Positions 26,721 through 40,076 of a DNA stretch of 64,000 nt are shown piece after piece. Source of the stretch: Felis catus (taxonomy: Eukaryota); the NCBI RefSeq assembly GCF_018350175.1, contig NC_058368.1, positions 16,060,001-16,124,000 on the forward strand, read 5' to 3'. The first letter of the stretch is position 1. Each line of letters opens with the position of its first letter. The notes below the pieces were generated by a model. It worked only from the letters and a program-made list of their open reading frames with translations. It was not told the DNA's origin and searched no databases. The position numbers and the translations under genes are program-made.

Positions 26721-26862
26721 CGTATGTGCCATGGCAATATAAAACATTTTTTCTGAACATCTGAATTATTGTCAAAACTGGATATATTTATAAGGCCAGA
26801 TTTATAAGTTTCATAGATGAAAACTTTTAGATCTTCAGTTATTACCCATGGATTTTTGGGCT
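26721..26862 (-). pseudogene. Fossil exon, first half of an HRM-like domain (142 nt, open)
   Basis: Acceptor tttctgtactgtgtattttcacag|. Translation PKNPWVITEDLKVFIYETYKSGLINISSFDNNSDVQKKCFILPWHIR; its phase-1 start matches the preceding exon. Confidence 0.45.
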
Positions 26863-27235
26863 CTGTGAAAATACACAGTACAGAAAATTTCTGCAAATCT
26901 AGCAGAAATCGACTTTATGGGGATAGACTGGGTAGAAAAATTAATGGAGAGGATAAAGCCACTGTGGACTCCTTGGATTACTGGTGGATTTGAAAATGAA
27001 CAGGTATTTGCAAGAACAGTAGTTTGACTGCTTATTATATTTTACTCTCTTCTCTGATCACATTACATGACGTAACCCAATGAATCAGAAATTGGATCTG
27101 TATGAGGAGATGTGGATGACCACAATTCCCTACTAGTCACTGCTTCTACAGATGAGGGATTCCAACATTCCAGGAATCATTTTGGAAATCAACCAGAACT
27201 CAAGATTTGTTAAGGAAGTTTGCTAAAATGCTTAC

Positions 27236-27475
27236 AGATAGAGCATATAGTGCTGATCTGATGCCTGCCCCAGAGATTTTTGCACCTGACCTCCCAATAA
27301 CCTTCTGGGTCGAAGTCCTTTGTCTTACACAGTCCTGCTTTGCTGTCCTCACTTCAGAAATGCACCGTGTCTCCATGGTGTTAGTGTTTGCTCTCAGGGT
27401 CATAGCTATCTTAAATTCTACTGTCTGTATGCCTCTAAGAACTGGTCTCATCCATGTTGTCTGTGTTATGTATGC
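27236..27475 (-). pseudogene. Fossil exon, C-terminal half of a C-type lectin-like domain (240 nt)
   Basis: Acceptor ttctgctttataaatgcag|, donor TCT|gtaagc. The phase-1 frame (4 stops) ends LCKTKDFDPEGYWEVRCKNLWGRHQISTIC, matching the CTLD pattern C..G.W..C..IC. Confidence 0.55.
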
Positions 27476-27654
27476 CTGCATTTATAAAGCAGAACAGATC
27501 TAGCTGGTGGGGTTTACTCATGAAATGAGGGGATAAGTACTGATACTTCCACTCTTTCTACTCTTACAATACATGGTAGTTTTAATAATTTTTTAAAATT
27601 AGATATAGCAGCTTTTGATTTAGATACAAATTAATTTTCTCTTAGTATGGTTTT

Positions 27655-27820
27655 TGGACTGTTAGCACCAGAATCACCCAGGATGCTCATTAAAAAGGTA
27701 GGATCTTAGGTCCCATTCAAAACTTAGGAAGTCAGAGTATCTGAGAATAGGGCTTAGAATCTGTATTTTAAAGAAGTTCCCCAGGTGATTTGATGCATAT
27801 TAAAATTTGTAAACTGCTAC
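27655..27820. mobile_element. MER5A-like hAT MITE
   Basis: cagaatcacccagg..gaatctgtatttt..ccccaggtgatttgatgca. Confidence 0.7.
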
Positions 27821-28904
27821 CTTGGAGGAATAATTACCTGTGTCAATGTATTTGATACAAGGTGCTTACAATTTGACATTTTTCCTTTATTTTGTGTGAA
27901 TTCCTTCCTTTTCTGTTATCTTCATTTTTTCTCTTCCCAAATGTAAAAAAAAATTTGGAAAAATCAGTGGTTCATAGGGAATTTCAAATTCTATTCCACA
28001 GCTATCTTTTGACATTCAATACATGCTGGATCTGGGGCTGATCATATTTAATGGAATGTTTAAATGATTTGAAACTTAGGACACTGCCAGTTTTCTCCTT
28101 TCTGAGACCACCATTTCCCTCCTCTCAGAAAATTATTAAAAAAATAAATGTCATGTCTTTGGGTTTCATGATGGCTTTCACAATTGTCCAGTTAAAGGGT
28201 ACATGGCAAGCATAATGTTCTAAAAATCTTTAATACTAAAAAATATAACAAATTCAAAATAACTGTATAGTACTTTATGTTAAATACTATCTGCTTTAGT
28301 GAAGAACTCAATTCTTGGAATACAGCATTTTGGTAGTAGAATGCTTCCTTCAGATTTCTGTGGTATGAGGTAAAAAGAGAGGGGAAAATACATTAGTTGT
28401 CAGTAAATTTCTAGGATTCATCAGTGTTACCTGTGAAAGAAGAAAGTGTTCAGGAAGGTATTCATATCTTTTTACAATGCTCAAAAACAACATTGACATG
28501 TTGATATCTAAATCTAGCTGTCACAAAAATAATTGTGCCTATGTTGCCTGAATCTGGCATAATATGGTAGCTGTTTCTGTGACACAATTGCCATAAATAC
28601 TGGCTAGACAATCAATACATCACACTTCCCACAGTATATCTCACTTATTGGCTCAGAGTGAGTATATGATCATAGCTAATACAATCAGAATGAATCTCAG
28701 CGCTCTTGGTGACCTATTGGAGAAATGGCTCTTTTTTTCTGTTATAAAGATGTAGGATTGTGGTTATTAAGCTATCTTGTCTCTGCAAGGTCAGATCCAG
28801 TTTGGATAATGCGGCCAACCCAGAGAAGGGGAGCCAAAAGATGAAGAGAAAGGAACCAGTTTTGGCTGACAACACTTAAATTCCTGCATCAAAAATCACT
28901 TGAA

Positions 28905-29095
28905 GGGGGCACCTGGGTGGCTCAGTAAGTTGAGCATTTGTCTTCAGCTCAGGTCATGATGTCGAGGTTTGTGAGTTCAAGCCCCACATTGGGCTCGCTG
29001 CTGACAGTGCAGAGCCTGCTTCAGATCCTCTGTCCTCCCTCTCTCTGTCCCTCCCCCACTTGAGCTCTCTCAAAAATAAATAAAACTTAAAAAAA
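28905..29095 (+). mobile_element. CanSINE
   Basis: TSD aaaaatcactt(g/a)aa. Confidence 0.93.
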
Positions 29096-29842
29096 ATCAC
29101 TTAAAGGCAAATGTATGCCAGAATTTTTCAGTTGTATGAGAAATTCACTTAAAAAAAAATCAGGGTGTGTGCGTGTGTGTGTGTGTGTGTGTGGCGGGGG
29201 GGGGGAGGTGTTTTCCCATTTCTAACTGATTTACCTTCTACCAGTGCTTATCATACTTCATTATTATTGCTTATGTAAGAAATGACTTTTTTCTGCTAGG
29301 CGATTACCTCCATGAGGGCAGGGCCATGTCTCTTATCTGCTGTTGTGTCCCCAGGACCTACCACAATTTTAGCAGAGTCAGCATATAATAAACTTTAAAA
29401 AGTATGAGTATACAACTTGTTATACTCCTTGGTACAGCATTTTTATGTTATAAACAATTAATTCCTCTATATACTTTAAAGAAAAAAATACTTCTATATC
29501 CTAGATCCAGTTTCTGTATCTTCTGTACTAATATCTTAGTACCTGCATCATTTTTCTTCTCTACCTTACTGTAGCATTAAAATGAATCAAAGCAACTGTT
29601 TTCCTATTGATTTTTTAACGAGTTACTACTGCTTTTTTAAGCCATTCCTTTGCCTGTTTTCATACAACATTTTATTTATATTTCCATTGCAGCAGATTTT
29701 TATGGTATATTATAATTAATAGTCCATGTTTCTCTTTGTTCCTCAAATTGTGTATTCTTTGAAAATAGCAACTAAATCCTTTTTAACCTTTATGTTGCCA
29801 GTGACTATTACAGCATTTTGCATTTGTGTTTTAAAAATGCAA

Positions 29843-30360
29843 GGGCGCCTGGGTGGCTCAGTCAGTTAAGTGTCTGACTTCAGCTCAGGTCATGATCTCT
29901 CAGTTCATGAGTTCAAGCCCCACGTCAGGCTCTGTGCTGACAGCTCAGAGCCTGGAGCCTGCTTTGGATTCTGTGTCCCTCTCTCACTCTCTCTGTTCCT
30001 GCCCCACTCTCTCTTTCTCTCAAAAATAGAAACATTAAAAAAAATAAAAATGCAGGCATTTTTCATTAGTTTCTGGTTCTACTCTCTTCAGTGTTTTATG
30101 CCATTATAAATGTACCTGAACTGAATATCCCTGAAATGAAAAAAAATTTTTTAAATGTTTATTTATTTTTCAGAGAAAGAGAGAGTATGAGTGGGGGAGG
30201 GGCAGAGAGAGAGAGGGAGACAGAATCTGAAACAGGCTCCAGGTTCTGAGCTGTCAGCACAGAGCCTAATGCAAGTGTGGGGCTCAAACTCATGATCCAT
30301 GAGATCATGATCTGAGCCAAAGTTGGATGCTTAACTGACTGAGCCACCCAGGTACTCCTC
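29843..30360. mobile_element. Two CanSINEs, tail-to-tail (+ 29843-30047; - 30146-30360)
   Basis: Canonical sequences in opposite orientation, about 100 bp apart. Confidence 0.92.
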
Positions 30361-30938
30361 CCTGGAATTTTTTTACTCTTATTTGAGGGCTGACACTTAT
30401 GTGGTTAATTCATCAGTTGGCACATTGGGCATTCACCCCAAAAGAGACTCTAGGGATGGCCAAATTACTGGGGAGGTTTTAACAGTAACCATTATTAGGC
30501 ACCAATTTTGACAGTTACTTGGAAATAGAGGTTAGCCCATATGAAAATGAAAATACAAAACTTAAAAACTAAACTATAAAACAGACCCTTGAGAATATTC
30601 AAAGTGAGGAAAGAACCCTTGTGCTAAAGATATTTTGGACTATCTAGGTCTTCAAAAATACTTCCCTGATAGTGAGGTTCTAGTGGTAATGACTGTTTGA
30701 TTGCCCCAGCCCCTCTTTCTTGACAGAGAATACACATTGTTCAGGGAATGCACAGGTAGTACTGTGCTTAGGAAGGCAATTTTCTTTTCTGGCAGTGAAG
30801 GGGGCATGTTTTGAGCAAGTTATGGGAATGTCATACTTCCCTGACAATGACTGTTCTGATGATGAGCATGTAATTCAACTCAGACTAATGAGATGTAGGG
30901 GAATTAAACCTGAGGATTATGGGAAAAGTTTTCTTTCC

Positions 30939-30940
<2 letters not shown>

Positions 30941-30975
<35 letters not shown>
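30941..30975. repeat. (GA)n microsatellite
   Basis: Direct reading. Confidence 0.95.
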
Positions 30976-30977
<2 letters not shown>

Positions 30978-31189
30978 CCACCGACCCTTTGCAATATGTC
31001 ACAGATTCTAAGATAAACATTAAATATTAAGGAAAAAGAGAAATAGGTAAATATTAGAGGAGAAGCTTTCAAAAGGGGATTTCTATAAATTTGGAAACTA
31101 TTCACTGGTGGCAGTTGGCTATAGCTCTAAGATAGCTAGCCCTAGGATATAACACACTATTGCTCTACATGTTATCAGAAAGTCCTCAC

Positions 31190-31254
31190 CCTGAGGTGTA
31201 ACCAGTCTAAGAGAATTTATGAACTTAGATGTTGGTAATAGCTGCATAATACTA
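31190..31254 (-). pseudogene. Fossil exon, middle of a C-type lectin-like domain (65 nt)
   Basis: Acceptor catcttctttcag|, donor AGG|gtgagg. Translation SIMQLLPTSKFINSLRLVTPQG| resembles 'SI....E..FI.SL....WIG' and ends in phase 1. Confidence 0.45.
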
Positions 31255-32123
31255 CTGAAAGAAGAAAGATGTAGTAATAATAAAGTATAAACAGGTGGGA
31301 TATGATCTTCGTTTATTCCAGATAAAGGGGATAGAGAGTAAGAATATGTCATGATATGTTCAATATTACACAAGGAGAAAATAACCTGAACCCCCGACAT
31401 GAACATCCTGGTTGGTTTGGCACCTACACTCCCTAGAGTGAGAAAGACAGAAATAAAAGATTACTATAGCTTGATCAAAACATATTCTTCCTTTACGTTT
31501 GCCTTACTTGATTATCATTCAGCAGAAGTCTGATTATGAATTAGATTTCGTAAGTATCTTCATTCTAGAATGGTAAAATTCTGGTTATCTGACTGATACA
31601 GATGGTTAGTCCATGGATATTGATTGATTATAAAAACAGTAGGCCTTCTGGTTGATATATCTACTTCTTATTGATTAGGTTGTCATGAAGCCCATTCTTT
31701 CGAGTCTGTTTTGGAGCTATACATCGATGATTTTTAATACTTCAGTACTTCTTTCAGCCATTAGTGACTGATTTCAGAGTTTCAGGACAAGCAGTGGGAA
31801 TCACCCAGGTGCTTGATTGCTGGCTTCCAGAGGAAATTAGATAACTTTAGTTGCCTTTCAGAACAATTTAAATTCTAAGCCTATGAGTTATGGTCTTATT
31901 TAACTTTTCAATAAGATTATTTAGCTAAGGGTTGGAATGCATTATTCAGTTTTTAACTCCACACTGGTGTTTTTGTAGATATTGGGAAAATACTAAAAGT
32001 GTCTGCAGGACCAGTTAAAACATACTCTTTGAAAACAAAAACAAAAACCCACACAGTTCACTCTCCTTTTGAAAAAACCAGTGCATGACTGCTAGATATC
32101 AATGCACATTGATTTTGTCCAGT

Positions 32124-32125
<2 letters not shown>

Positions 32126-32157
<32 letters not shown>
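32126..32157. repeat. (GT)n microsatellite
   Basis: Direct reading. Confidence 0.95.
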
Positions 32158-32158
<1 letters not shown>

Positions 32159-32814
32159 AGTGCTGTAGTTCTTGCCAGTAGGATTGTTGTGTTATTTGGA
32201 TAGGTTCTTATGCATTACCAAGTGTTCCAATAGAGATAATATATTTTATTTAATGTTTCTTCTCCCGATAAAAAATAAAATAAATATTCGTATGGTTTTA
32301 CCTAAATCTGACTTCCCACTAGTGAATCAAGAATATAATTTATCTTTTGTTGGTGAACATTGATCTTTCAATTCTATCAATACCCTTCTGTTTTGTGTCT
32401 TTAAAATTGCTTAGCTCTCCAAGAAGTCCCTTGAAGGAAATAGTCATAAAATTAAAAATACATAGAGTTTTTATGTCTAATTTATTGGACTTTAAGTAAA
32501 ACTTTAAGCTTTTAAATGGTTTGTTACACCCTTTCATGATAACAAATGTATCATAAAAACTTTCTCAAATATAATTTCTAAATTTTGTGTGTGTGTGTTT
32601 TTTGCTGCCAAAAAACTTTTCCTTCTTATTAATGGGAGATGAGTATTCTTTTATTGGATGTCTTAATTATTTCTCTCTTTTGGTGTTACTTAACATACAT
32701 ATTTATAGGACAGGTGTTAAATTAGTCTTTTCCCCCTCCATTTGCCTTATCCACCTCCTTTTCAATATCAGTGCTCATTTCCTTCTTTGCTATAAGTACT
32801 CAGGCAATAGTTTT

Positions 32815-34066
32815 TTTTTTTTAATTTTTTTTCAATATATGAAATTTATTGTCAAAATTGTTTCCATACAACACCCAGTGCTCATCCCAAAAGGTGCCCT
32901 CCTCAATACCCATCACCCACCCTCCCCTCCCTCCCACCCCCCATCAACCCTCAGTTTGTTCTCAGTTCTTGAGAGTCTCTTATGCTTTGGCTCTCTCCCA
33001 CTCTAACCTCTTTTTTTTTTTTTTTTTTCCTTTCCCTCCTCCATGGGTTTCTGTTAAGTTTCTCAGGATCCACATAAGAGTGAAAACATATGGTATCTGT
33101 CTTTCTCTGTATGGCTTATTTCACTTAGTATCACACTCTCCAGTTCCATCCACGTTGCTACAAAAGGCCATATTTCGTTCTTTCTCATTGCCCTGTAGTA
33201 TTCCATTGTGTATAGAAACCACAATTTCTTTATCCATTCATCAGATGATGGACATTTAGGCTCTTTCCATAATTTGGCTATTGTTGAGAGTGCTGCTATA
33301 AACATTGGGGTACAAGTGCCCCTATGCATCAGTACTCCTGTATCCCTTGGGTAAATTCCTAGCAATGCTATTGCTGGGTCATAGGGTAGGTCTATTTTTA
33401 ATTTTCTGAGGAACCTCCACGCTGTTTTCCAGAGTGGCTGCACCAATTTGCATTCCCACCAACAGTGCAAGAGGGTTCCCGTTTCTCCACATCCTCTCCA
33501 GCAGCTATAGTCTCCTGATTTGTTCATTTTGGCCACTCTGACTGGCGTGAGGTGATATCTGAGTGTGGTTTTGATTTGTATTTCCCTGATGAGGAGCGAC
33601 GTTGAGCATCTTTTCATGTGCCTGTTGGCCATCCGGATGTCTTCTTTAGAGAAGTGTCTATTCATGTTTTCTGCCCATTTCTTCACTGGGTTATTTGTTT
33701 TTCAGGTGTGGAGTTTGGTGAGCTCTTTATAGATTTTGAATACTAGCCCTTTGTCCGATATGTCATTTGCAAATATCTTTTCCCATTCCGTTGGTTGCCT
33801 TTTAGTTTTGTTGATTGTTTCCTTTGCTGTGCAGAAGCTTTTGATCTTCATGAGGTCCCAATAGTTCATTTTTGCTTTTAATTCCCTTGCCTTTGGGGAT
33901 GTGTTGAGTAAGAGATTGCTATGGCTGAGGTCAGAGAGGTCTTTTCCTGCTTTCTCCTCTAGGGTTTTGATGGTTTCCTGTCTCACATTCAGGTCCTTTA
34001 TCCATTTTGAGTTTATTTTTGTGAATGGTGTGAGAAAGTGGTCTAGTTTCAACCTTCTGCATGTTG
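32815..34066 (-). mobile_element. Young 5'-truncated felid L1 (L1_Fc-like)
   Basis: Near-intact ORF2 C-terminus (ORFs 33702-34052 and 33063-33686), 3'UTR and poly-A; TSD ctcag(g/a)caatagtttt at 32799-32814 and 34067-34082. Confidence 0.97.
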
Positions 34067-34439
34067 CTCAGACAATAGTTTTAATACTGTTTTTAGTTTT
34101 CTTTTGGCCTAGATTAAATATGTACAGTTAATGTTCTTTGATGTAGTATCTTGGTTATGAAAGGGATGTGGTCATATGCCCTGTAGAAATTTCAGGTGAA
34201 GTATTGTTGGACTGTTCTAGTTCTGCCAAGGAAGGATTTTAAGGGTTTGAATGGGAAGTCTTGTGAAATTGCTTATTTAACAGTGACAATGTATTGACAG
34301 CGACAATTTGCCCTGTGTCAAACACAAAGTACGTTATTTAAGATAATATCTTTAAAAAGATCGATGAAGAAGATAAGATTGCAATGAAAATTTTCCTATT
34401 AAGTGAGTATTGTTTTTTCTTTTCTTCTAAGGGAGAGGA

Positions 34440-34600
34440 CTTTTTTTTTTTTTTTTTTTTTTTTTTGAAGTAGAGCTGACACACAATGCTATATTAGTTT
34501 CAGGTGCACAAAATAGTGAATCAACAATTCTATACATTATGCATTGCTCACCATGATAAGTATAGTTACCGTCTTTCATCATACAACATTGAATATTATT
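34440..34600 (-). mobile_element. L1 3' end fragment
   Basis: Poly-T followed by the same 3'UTR type as at 3447. Confidence 0.8.
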
Positions 34601-34639
34601 GTTTTCAAACTAAAATGAAGGAACTGGGAGATCACAACG

Positions 34640-34920
34640 GGTCAATGGCCTTAATGTTCCCCTCAGCTTGACTAAACTAGACAGGCTTTTTCCTGACTCC
34701 AGGTCTTGACTTCTCTTTTCTTAGAGCATTTTTGTTACAAAACTTATAAATTCTTTCTCTGCCCTTTGAGATGTAAATTTTTGAAAAGGCTTCTTTCGAG
34801 TTTTACAACCCAAGGAATGGGTTTCTCAAAGACTTGGGAGATAGCTCTTTGAAATATAATCACCAAAAAAAATAGCACTATTCCCCATTTTCTGTGGGAG
34901 AGTCGGAGCTTAACTTTGGC
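34640..34920. mobile_element. ERV1-like LTR fragment
   Basis: cctcagcttgactaaact..ctgccctttgagatgtaaat resembles MER34/MER39-class LTRs (from recall). Confidence 0.5.
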
Positions 34921-36819
34921 AGATTTATTTATTTATTTTAAAAATAAAAATATAATCATAAACATATGGATTAAGATTTCCTTGGAACACAAGTAGGTGT
35001 AAAAATGAACACAGTAAAATGATTGTAGAGTTAGGAATATAATATTCACCGTTTTTTTATATTAAAACCATTTGAAAACTGAAAACTTAACTCTAAATGC
35101 CTCTAAGTTGTTTACCTAAACACATTTTACAATGTGTTTTGATGATGGAACAGTGACGTTTTCAACACATAACCAAGGATACAAAAAATGACAGTAGACC
35201 TTATAGAGGATTTTCTGTCTGAAATCTTTAAATAAATCTTAAGTGACCTGAATGAAAATGATCTTACCTAAGATCACTAAAGCTTAGTGACCTTTGTCTT
35301 TATGTTTCTTAATCTAGATAAACCCATATATTCATTAGAGGTTTTGTTTTGATTTTTAGCAATGACAGAGAATAAAGCAGATGCATTGACTTAAACCATT
35401 GGAACCGAATGAATTTTTTTTAAATAGAAAGATGTTATTAAATATATTAAGTATGAGAAATAAAAAATAAAATGAATGTTTTGGTTATCTTTATGTGCTA
35501 CTATTTCCTTTTTTAAAGACTTTATTTTCATGGAACACTTTCGGATTTACAACAAAATTGGAAGGGAGGTACAGAGACTTCCAGTATACTCCCTTCCATG
35601 CATAGCCTTTCCCATTATCAACATCACTGACTGAAATGGTACACTTTTTTACCAAGCATGAACCCATATTGATACTTTGTAATCACCCAAAGTCCATAAT
35701 TGACATTATGGTTCATTCTTATTTTTGTGCATCATTTGGGTTTGGACAAATGTATAATGACTTATATCAATCATTGTAATATTATATAGAGTATTTTCAC
35801 TTCCCTAAAAATCCTCTGTGCTCCAATTCATCTCTCCCCTGCCACCCTTGGAAACCACTGGTGTTTTTATTTTTTCCATGGTTTTGCCTTTTCCAGAATG
35901 TCATATTCTTGGAATCATACAATATGTAGCCATTTCAGATTGGCTTCTTTCACTTAGTGATATGCATTTAAGTTCCCCCCATGTGTTCTCATGGCTTGAT
36001 AGCTTACCTCTTTTTAGTGCTGAATGATATTCCATTGTCTGTAAGTACCACAGTTTATTGATCCATTCACCTGCTAAAAGAGATCTTGGTTGCTTCCAAG
36101 TTTTGGCAATTATGATAAAGCTGCTATAAACATCCTTGTGCAGGTTGAGGAGACATAAGTTTTCAACTCCTCTGTGTAAATACCAAGGGCTGTGATTACT
36201 GGATCATATAATTAGTTTAGTTTGTATGTATGTTTAAAGTTTAGTGTGTTTAGTTTGTATAGTTTTGTGAGAGTATGTTTAGTTTTATAAGAAACTGTCA
36301 AACTGTCCTCCAAAGTGGCCGTACCTATTTGTATTCCTACCAGCAAGGAATAAGAGCTCCTCTTGTTCAACATTATTACCGGCACTTGTTGTCAGTGTTC
36401 GGGCTTTTGGCCATTCTAATAGGTGGGTAGTCCTCTTCATGGTTTCCATTTGCATTTCCCTGATGACATGTGATGTGGAATATCTTCTCATATGCCTGTT
36501 TTTCTACATGTCTTCTTTTGGTGAGACGTCTATGAAGGTCTCTGGTCCATTTTTAAATCAAGTTGTTTATTTATTGTTGAATCTTCGGAGTTATGTATTT
36601 TGAATAATAATCTCTTATCAGATATATTTTTTGCAAATGCACTTTCCCCTAGTCTGTGGCTTATCTTCTCACTATCTTGACATTTTTTTCATAAAACAGA
36701 AGTTTTTAATTTTAGTGAAATATAGCTAATCAATAATTTCTTTCATGGATCATAATTTTTGTGTTATATGTAAAAGGTACCACCATACCCAAGGGCATCT
36801 AGGTTTTCTCCTGTGTTAT

Positions 36820-37434
36820 TGTCGCGGCCGGCGCGACAAACACCGAGGTCAGGGTCCTGAGGGTAGGGGAATGCAAGAAAAAAAGAGAGAAGAGAAAGTT
36901 TGGGAACAGGAGGGTCCCCTGGGCTGATGGCCCAAGTGACGGCTTTATTGTTGCTGTACACAATCTTTTATAACCAGACTCTTATGGGTTAGGTCATTCT
37001 AAGAATAAACAGGTTTCACATAATTGCTGCCCACCAAAACATTTAGTTCTGTGTTTCTTGTGCATTTTCTAGACGGGTCACAAGACCTTGTTGATAAGAT
37101 TGCTAGCAAAACACAACTCCCATGTTTGTTTCTATCTGACTCGGGGTAGAAAAAGGGAGGTAGCATTACTGCCAACACCTACAGACCACAGTCTTCAGGA
37201 ATTAACTTTCTCAGCCTTGACAAGGCTTTCGTATGCCCTTGAAAGTGGGGGAACGGGAGGGGGAACCACCGGGTTGGCTTGAGTCAACAGGGAACGTTGC
37301 TCGACCCAGTCTCAGCCTGGCACCGGGGCCTGGCCTCCCAAATGAATGGGAGGGGGAACCACGGGTTGGCTTGAGTCAACGGGGAACATTGCTCGACCCG
37401 GTCTCATCCTGGCACCGGGGCCCGGCCCCCCACA
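36820..37434 (-). mobile_element. Young solo LTR (615 bp), ERV2/betaretrovirus-like termini
   Basis: TG..CA ends, 5-bp TSD gttat, minus-strand TATAAAA (~36966-36972) then AATAAA (~36944-36949), CpGs retained. Confidence 0.88.
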
Positions 37435-39027
37435 GTTATATTCTAGGAGTTTTATAATTTTGAATTTTATATTTAGGTCTGGGATATTTTGAACTAAAGG
37501 GCATAATGTCTGTACCTACATGCATTCTTTGCATGTGGACATCTAGTTGTTCCAGCACTATTTGTTGAAGAAACTGTCTTTGCTCCATTGTGTTGGCTTT
37601 GCTCCTTGGTCAAATATCAGTTGACTGTCTTTATGTGGGTCTATTTCTGGGTTCTCTATTCCTCTTCATTGATCTATTTGTCTGTTCTTTCTCCAATACT
37701 GTACTGTCTTGATTATTGTAGCTTTATACTGTACTATAAAACTATAGTTTTAAGTCTTGAAGTTAGATAGTATTACTCTTCCAACTTTATTCTCCTTTAA
37801 TATTATTGGCCATTCTGGGTCTTTCGCCTCTCCACATAAATGTTAGATCAGTTTGTTGATATCCACAACATGGCTTGCTGGGAATTTGGCTGGGATTGCA
37901 CTGAATCCCAGTGCATTGATTGGCTAGGTTAGGAAGAACTGACATCTTTATAGTATTGAATCATCCTATCCAGGAGCATGGAATATTTTCACATTCTTTT
38001 AGTTCTTTGATTTCATTAATCAGAACTTTGTAGTTTTTCTCATTTGGATCTTAGTCATATTTTATAAAATTTATATTTAAGTATTTCATTTTTGAAGTAA
38101 ATTATATTGTGTTTTTAATTTCAAATTTCACTTGCTCATTGCTGGTGCATAGAAAAGTGGTGGACTTTAGTTTATTAATCTTGTATTCTGCAACCTTGCT
38201 GAAATTACCTATTAGTTCCAAGAATTTTTTGTTGATTCTTTCAGGTTTTTTTACATAGATGATCATGTCATCTTGAACAGACAGTTTTATTTCTTTCTTC
38301 CCAATCTGTATGTCTTTTACTCCTTTTCTGGTCTAATTGCATTAGTTAGAACTTCTAGTACAATGTTGAAAAGGAATGGTGAGAGTTAAGGAAGTTATCA
38401 AGTTGAAGTTTTCCTCTATTCCTAGTTTACTGAGAGTTTTTATCGTGAAATAGTGTTAGATTTTTTCCAGTGCTTTTTCTGTATCTAATGATATGGCCAT
38501 GTGAGTTTTTTTTTTTTAACCTGTAGATGTGATGAATTAAATGAATTGATTTTCATATGTTAAACCAACCTCAGATACCTGGAATAATCCCCAGTTTGTA
38601 TGGTTTATAATTCTTTTTATACATTGTGGGTTCTGATTTGTTAATGTTTTCTTGAGGATTTTTGCATGTATGTTCACAAGAGATATTGGCCTGTAGTTTT
38701 CTTTTCATGAAATGTCTTTGTCTGCTTTTGGTACTGGTGTAATGTTGACCTCATAGAATGAGTTGGAATTACTCCCTCTATTAGTGTTCTCTGAGAGAGA
38801 TTGCAGATAATTGGTATAATTTTTTTTTCTTAAATACTTAGCAGAATTCACCATGAACGCACCTGCTTCTGTTGCTTTCTGTTTTGAAAGGTAATAATTA
38901 TTGATTCAAGTTAATTCATGGATACTGGCCTATGGTATTTTTTATTTTACTTGTGTTAGTTTTGGCAGCATACGTTTTTCCAGAAATTTGTCCAGTTCTT
39001 CCTGGTTGTATAATTTGTAGGCATAGA

Positions 39028-39234
39028 GGGGTACCTGGGTGGCTCAGTTGGTTAAGCGTCCAACTTCGGCTCAGGTCACGATCTCATGGTTTGTGAGTTC
39101 AAGCCCCGCATCGGGCTCTGTGCTGACAGTTCACAGCCTGGAGCCTGCTTTGGATTCTGTGTCTCCCTCTCTCTCATGCTCATGCTCTGTCTCTCTCTCT
39201 CTCTCCCTCAGAAATAAAATAAACATTAAAAAAA
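39028..39234 (+). mobile_element. CanSINE
   Basis: TSD aatttgtag(g/t)cataga. Confidence 0.95.
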
Positions 39235-39884
39235 ATTTGTAGTCATAGAGTTATTCACTGTATTCTTTTAGTATCCTTTTAACATGCATGGGATCTGTAG
39301 TGGTGTCTTCTCTTTGATTTCTGATATTAGTAATTTCTCTCTCTCTCTCTTTTTTATTCTTAGCTTATCAATTTTATTAATCTTTTCAAAAAATCCAATT
39401 TTGGTTTTGTAGATTTCCTCTATTGATTTCCTTTTTTGCAATGTATTAATTTCTGCTTTAATTCTTACTCTTTTTTTTTTCTCCTGTTTACTTTGAATTT
39501 AATTTGCTTTCCTTTTTCCTAAAGTAGAAACCTGGAAATTTATTTTTGAAATTTATTTCTAGCATATGCATTCAGTGCTCTAATTTCCCACTGAGCACTA
39601 CTTTTGCTGCATCCTACAAATTTTCGTAAGTTGTGTTTTCATTTTCATTTAGTTCAAATTTTTTAATTTTTCTTATGATTTTTTCCTTGACCTATATGTT
39701 ATTTCAAATTGTGTTATTTAATCTGAATGTATTTTAGGACTTTTCATTCATCTTTGTTATTGGTTTCTAAGTTAATACTACCGTCTATGAGCACATAATG
39801 TCTGATTTCTATGCTTTTGTATTTGTTAAGGTTTGGTTTATGGCTCAGAAGGTGGTTTATTTTAGTCAATGTCTTTTTTAAAAA

Positions 39885-40076
39885 AAATTTTAATGTTTAT
39901 TTATTTTTTAGAGAGAGAGAGAGAAGAGAAGAGAAGACTAGACAAGAGTAGAGAGAGAGGGAAACACAGAATCTGAAGCATGGCCCAGGCTCTGAGCTGT
40001 CAGCACAGAGCCTGACACAGGGCTTGAACTCACAAACCATGAGATAATGACCTGAGCCCAAGTCGGACGCTTAATC
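39885..40076 (-). mobile_element. CanSINE (5'-truncated)
   Basis: Body and tail present; flanks ttt(a/g)gtcaatgtc. Confidence 0.88.

Noticed and set aside
27236..27475. Alternative reading of this exon as a sushi domain (HHGDTVHF) or as the open ORFs 27200-27481(-) and 27207-27503(+)
   Set aside because: The CTLD pattern and the phase-1 junctions on both sides fit better, and the open frames show no recognisable motif.
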